Positions 53,394-56,859 of a DNA stretch of 56,859 nt are shown piece by piece. A program made the position numbers and the translations under genes. The DNA is from an uncultured Gammaproteobacteria bacterium. GTDB lineage: Bacteria; Patescibacteriota; Patescibacteriia; UBA1544. The notes beneath the pieces are model-generated. The model saw only the letters and a list, made by a program, of their open reading frames with translations. It was not told the DNA's origin and made no database searches. The number at the start of each line of letters is the position of its first letter. The stretch's first letter is position 1. The DNA lies in contig CAZZDA010000001.1 of assembly GCA_964652585.1 (NCBI GenBank), positions 1 to 56,859 of the forward strand, given 5' to 3'.

Positions 53394-53729
53394 TTAAGAC
53401 TTTTCTTTATCCCCTTGAATGTATGAAAGATCATTTTTGACATCCTCTTGCACGGTAAAAGCAATGTCAGCAAGTACGGTGTCAACTTCAGGTACATGCT
53501 GATAGAGAAATTCAGCAACCTTTTCACCACTGGTATCAGTTTGTAATAGTGTCGTAAGTTCTTCCCGTTCACTTTGCGAAAGTTTATCTTGCGCTGCAGA
53601 CATAAACCGCATATAAGCAAGCTCGCCCATTTTTTCCAAAATATCGCGCCTCTTCACATCTTTCAGATATTCAAATCCTAACATTTTAAAAAAGTTGGTG
53701 AGGTGTTTTTGTGGAGTTGTTTGCGACAT
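53394..53729 (-). CDS. hypothetical protein (111 aa)
   Basis: ATG-started ORF with helical-looking composition. Confidence 0.55.
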   Translation of the reverse strand: MSQTTPQKHLTNFFKMLGFEYLKDVKRRDILEKMGELAYMRFMSAAQDKLSQSEREELTTLLQTDTSGEKVAEFLYQHVPEVDTVLADIAFTVQEDVKNDLSYIQGDKEKS

Positions 53730-53738
53730 AAGAATTAT

Positions 53739-56700
53739 TTATTGTTTATTTTCTAAAACCATGATCTCCTTTACCACCTGATCTATTGTTTTCAAATCTT
53801 TAATCATTCCATGCTCGTCAAATGTATGAGGGTCTATTTTTCCTTTTTCTATCCAGGGAGATATCCACTCCTTCAAATGATCTTTATGTACGCTTTCCAG
53901 CGCATCTGAATCGCCCAATTGGTCAGTTATTCTGTCTCTTACAAGATCAAGCGCGTGTTTCCCTTTATAAAAATCCCAGTCGTTATCCCACTGTCCATCT
54001 TTAAACATTCCAAATCTACCCGTCAACACATTCTCTTTAAAACCTTTTGGATTCATTACTTCCGCAACTCTTCCTTTAAGTTGTGTAGGCGTTATAGAGG
54101 TAGTATCTATTTCTTTAGTCAGACTTTGCCGCAAAGATACTTCCTCCATTGTACTGTCAATGAACGATTCTCCGTTTCCTTCCAAAATAGTAGGAAGAGT
54201 TTCTTTAGTCACCGTAAAATCAGGATGTGATTCCACAAAAGTAGTGTAGTTATTGAAATGCTCCGGTGTAACACCCTCTCCATTTTCAATCCATTCTTCC
54301 ATTATGTTATTCCCTAGCATATGTTCAAGGTTTTCTGTTGCTGAAGGAATGCCGGCTTGCGCGGCTTGTGTCGCAATATCAACATTGTGTTGAATGTTCG
54401 CCACCTGATCAAGCGTTAGCCCCTTCATTTTTGCGAACATCTCACCGCCTTGTTCTTGTACAACCTTTGTAAAATCAAGTTGCGTGTCTTTGGGGAAAGC
54501 ATGCTCAACATCAATTCCTTCTTTCAAATTGAAGTTTTCAGGATGTGCAACCACTTCGTCTTTTAGCCAATCAATAAGATACGTTTGTTGTGCTTCTGAC
54601 AGATCTCCAAAATTCTGTACTCCTTCTATTTTTGCTGATTGTATTAATTTGTCTAAAGCTCCTTGCTCAAGTACATGCTCCGCTTGCGCCCATACGGTTT
54701 TCCCTTCACCAATTAATTCTGTGGTCGTTTCAACCTGTACCGCAACATCCAGCTCTTCTGCTACAGGTGCAACAACTCCCGCTTCAGCGATTGGTGGTTT
54801 TTTATCAGACGGTACAGATTCCGGACTAGGAGTGGTTGGAGCAGCTGCGTCTTGCGGAGGCACATCTACGGCTGGTGATGTTATGGGTTCTACTTCCGGC
54901 GAAACCATAGGCTCTTCGCTAGGAATGATAAGCGGCTCAGGACTTTCCGATGGTGTTTGCATTGGCACAGGAACTTCCGGCGCTTCAGGAACCATGTGTT
55001 CAAGCGCTTCTCCGGTACCCATACCCGCGCCAATAGCAAGAACAGATGCCGCAAGTGTCTTTTTTATTTCACGCTTAAGGCGTTTTGCATCTTCAATGGA
55101 AAGACTGTGCTGCACACTCACAAAAGTTTCAGTCAACATTTCGCGAGTGCGTTGATAACTATCACGAGCTATTTTTTCCGCCACATTGTTGCCACTTGCC
55201 TTCTCTTTTGTGATGTGTTGTTCGTATGTTTGAAGATTGTGAATAAGTGTTGCTATATTTTCCTCCGCTTCTTGCCGTATGCGCTCTTCTTCTTTATTGT
55301 TCATCCATTTGTTATCCATCCAATCAAATAATTTTTTGGTGCCAATACCGGCAGACATACCTGCAACTCTACGTCCTGCCGCTACCGCACCAAGTGCAAG
55401 CCCGCCTATTGCAAGACCGGCGCCTGCAGCAACAGCCACGCCGCCAAAACGCATACCTCTTTTATTTTTACGTAAAAAATTTACCGATGTCTTTGTAAAT
55501 TCTGAACGGCTTTTTTGTGTTTCTTGATGTCTTGCCTCTTCAAAACGCATGCGTTCGTCAAGCACCGTATCAAGAGAGTGCGCAAGCGCATCTTCTTTCG
55601 CCATAGCAACCCAGGCATCCGCTGTTTCCGCGGTTAAAAGCTCGTGTTGCATACGTTGCATTTCTGATGTGGTGTCGTAGTGGTCAGCTGTCTTTCCCTT
55701 TTTTGCCAACTTTTTTTCTCTTTTCGTGTAGTCTTTTTTCACTTCTTCCTCAACCGTACCTTCTAAGTCTTTATCCGAAAGTCTGTCTCGGAGTTTTTTC
55801 CAAGACTGTAGCCACGTTTGTTCGGCATACGCTTGTGCTGCCAATTCTCTTTGACGAATCTGACCCAATGCCGCAACATATAGCTGATCATCAAGATGTA
55901 CTTTATGACCATCCACTTCAATTTCCTGCACTTCATCGGCATACATAGAATCACCGCAGAGCTCTTTTGCAATGCCTCTTACCAATTCTTCAAAATGCTC
56001 ATTGTCTTCCTCGGCTATTTTTTGCAGTTCAGGATTGGTTTTTAAAATTATTTCCGCTGCTTGTTCTTGAACCTTTTGTTTTTCTTCATCACTTGCCTCT
56101 CTCACAATTTCACCTGTTTCACTGACCTCGCTAAAAAGATTATGCAACATCTCTTCACGATAACCACTTTTGTCATCCCCATCTTTTGTAGAATCATCCG
56201 GTGAAGGAGGTGCGGTATCCGATTTTGTTGGCGGTACTACTTCACCATGCCCATCTGCTACCGAATCAACTTCTTCTCCATCTGTTTCCGACGACACGTC
56301 ACCGACAGCCGGCTCCACAACTCCTTGAGATTGCTCCGCATGCTCATCCTGAGGTTGATTTGGCTCTTTCAGTTCTACCACTTCTTCTGTACTATACTCC
56401 CCCTCAACTTCTGCGATCATTTTTTCATGTTCAACAACAAGGTTTGCAAAATCAGCATCACTCCATGCTGGAAATTCTTGCGATCTTCGATCATCACTTA
56501 GTCCATTAGACCAGTATTTATAATCCATTAAAACTTCTTTATATTCGTCTGTTTTATCAAGATCGCTCCAAAGAGCATTGAGCTCTTGAAGCCGTTCTGT
56601 ATAATCAGCAGGTTCATGCTCTGTTTCACCTTCGGCATCTTCCTGTGGTTCTGTTTGTTCTACCTCCTTTGTTTTTTCTTCCTCATATATTTCTCTTGCC

Positions 56701-56858
56701 GCTTCGTGATGTTGTGTAAGTAATATTTGAAAATCCTTCCGCTTCCATTGTGCTAATTCTTTTTTTAATTCACTAACTCCTTTCTCAAAATCTTTATATC
56801 TATATCTCGGTTTGTCACCTTTCTTTTCAGACGCCATGCTATCATACATTTTTTGCAT
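53739..56858 (-). CDS. large hypothetical membrane-associated acidic coiled-coil protein (at least 1039 aa; 5' end at window edge)
   Basis: Continuous ORF to the window end. It has central Gly/Ala-rich hydrophobic segments (GGVAVAAGAGLAIGGLALGAVAAG), a Pro-rich linker and a C-terminal globular part. Confidence 0.65.
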   Translation of the reverse strand: MQKMYDSMASEKKGDKPRYRYKDFEKGVSELKKELAQWKRKDFQILLTQHHEAAREIYEEEKTKEVEQTEPQEDAEGETEHEPADYTERLQELNALWSDLDKTDEYKEVLMDYKYWSNGLSDDRRSQEFPAWSDADFANLVVEHEKMIAEVEGEYSTEEVVELKEPNQPQDEHAEQSQGVVEPAVGDVSSETDGEEVDSVADGHGEVVPPTKSDTAPPSPDDSTKDGDDKSGYREEMLHNLFSEVSETGEIVREASDEEKQKVQEQAAEIILKTNPELQKIAEEDNEHFEELVRGIAKELCGDSMYADEVQEIEVDGHKVHLDDQLYVAALGQIRQRELAAQAYAEQTWLQSWKKLRDRLSDKDLEGTVEEEVKKDYTKREKKLAKKGKTADHYDTTSEMQRMQHELLTAETADAWVAMAKEDALAHSLDTVLDERMRFEEARHQETQKSRSEFTKTSVNFLRKNKRGMRFGGVAVAAGAGLAIGGLALGAVAAGRRVAGMSAGIGTKKLFDWMDNKWMNNKEEERIRQEAEENIATLIHNLQTYEQHITKEKASGNNVAEKIARDSYQRTREMLTETFVSVQHSLSIEDAKRLKREIKKTLAASVLAIGAGMGTGEALEHMVPEAPEVPVPMQTPSESPEPLIIPSEEPMVSPEVEPITSPAVDVPPQDAAAPTTPSPESVPSDKKPPIAEAGVVAPVAEELDVAVQVETTTELIGEGKTVWAQAEHVLEQGALDKLIQSAKIEGVQNFGDLSEAQQTYLIDWLKDEVVAHPENFNLKEGIDVEHAFPKDTQLDFTKVVQEQGGEMFAKMKGLTLDQVANIQHNVDIATQAAQAGIPSATENLEHMLGNNIMEEWIENGEGVTPEHFNNYTTFVESHPDFTVTKETLPTILEGNGESFIDSTMEEVSLRQSLTKEIDTTSITPTQLKGRVAEVMNPKGFKENVLTGRFGMFKDGQWDNDWDFYKGKHALDLVRDRITDQLGDSDALESVHKDHLKEWISPWIEKGKIDPHTFDEHGMIKDLKTIDQVVKEIMVLENKQ

Positions 56859-56859
56859 A

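Overview
The window looks like a chromosomal segment from a small-genome Patescibacteria/CPR-type bacterium, probably Parcubacteria-like. That placement is inferred from gene content only. Almost all genes are on the minus strand and tightly packed, and the standard genetic code fits (TGA is used as a stop and long ORFs are intact).

Housekeeping genes:
- Protein genes: leuS, uvrA, glyQS, parA/parB, rsmA, a tsaC-like gene, idi, leuA, an M16 peptidase, smpB and infC-rpmI-rplT.
- RNA genes: ssrA (tmRNA) and 5 tRNAs.

Accessory content:
1. A type-IV-secretion-like operon at 733..11231. It holds a VirB6-like gene, a PrgI/VirB3-like gene, VirB4 in two ORFs and a possible VirB8-like gene, and it ends in comFC. 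No relaxase or coupling protein is visible. A VirB2-like pilin with a Cys-rich tail lies at 31148..32083.
2. A 3322-aa Cys-rich surface protein with four CBM-like modules and a PKD-like end.
3. A cobalamin-riboswitch-controlled DUF4430/prenyltransferase-like operon.
4. A RelE-type toxin-antitoxin pair.
5. Three standalone GIY-YIG nuclease genes.

Most unusual observations:
- Three families of palindromic repeat elements are scattered through the window and are read through in-frame inside coding genes. leuS carries two, tsaC-like one composite, and a 600-aa ORF three. The insertions occur in both orientations, and one element is read in three different ways.
- Two covarying pairs of 23-nt inverted repeats sit in the T4SS operon. 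One pair brackets a GIY-YIG gene exactly. The other brackets 92 nt of non-coding DNA at the break between the two VirB4 ORFs.
- A GIY-YIG gene lies between an intact tRNA-Ser(GCU) and a decayed copy of the same tRNA.
- leuA is GC-richer by eye and monocistronic, and is preceded by a 30-codon Leu-rich leader ORF with alternative terminator/antiterminator pairings.
- A 25-nt motif lies at identical spacing (15 nt) upstream of parB and rplT.

Limits: everything was read by eye, and no searches or folding programs were run. Repeat boundaries are accurate to about 2-3 nt. Several CDS starts were moved from the ORF-track start to an internal ATG where the track start was a non-ATG codon or read into a repeat.
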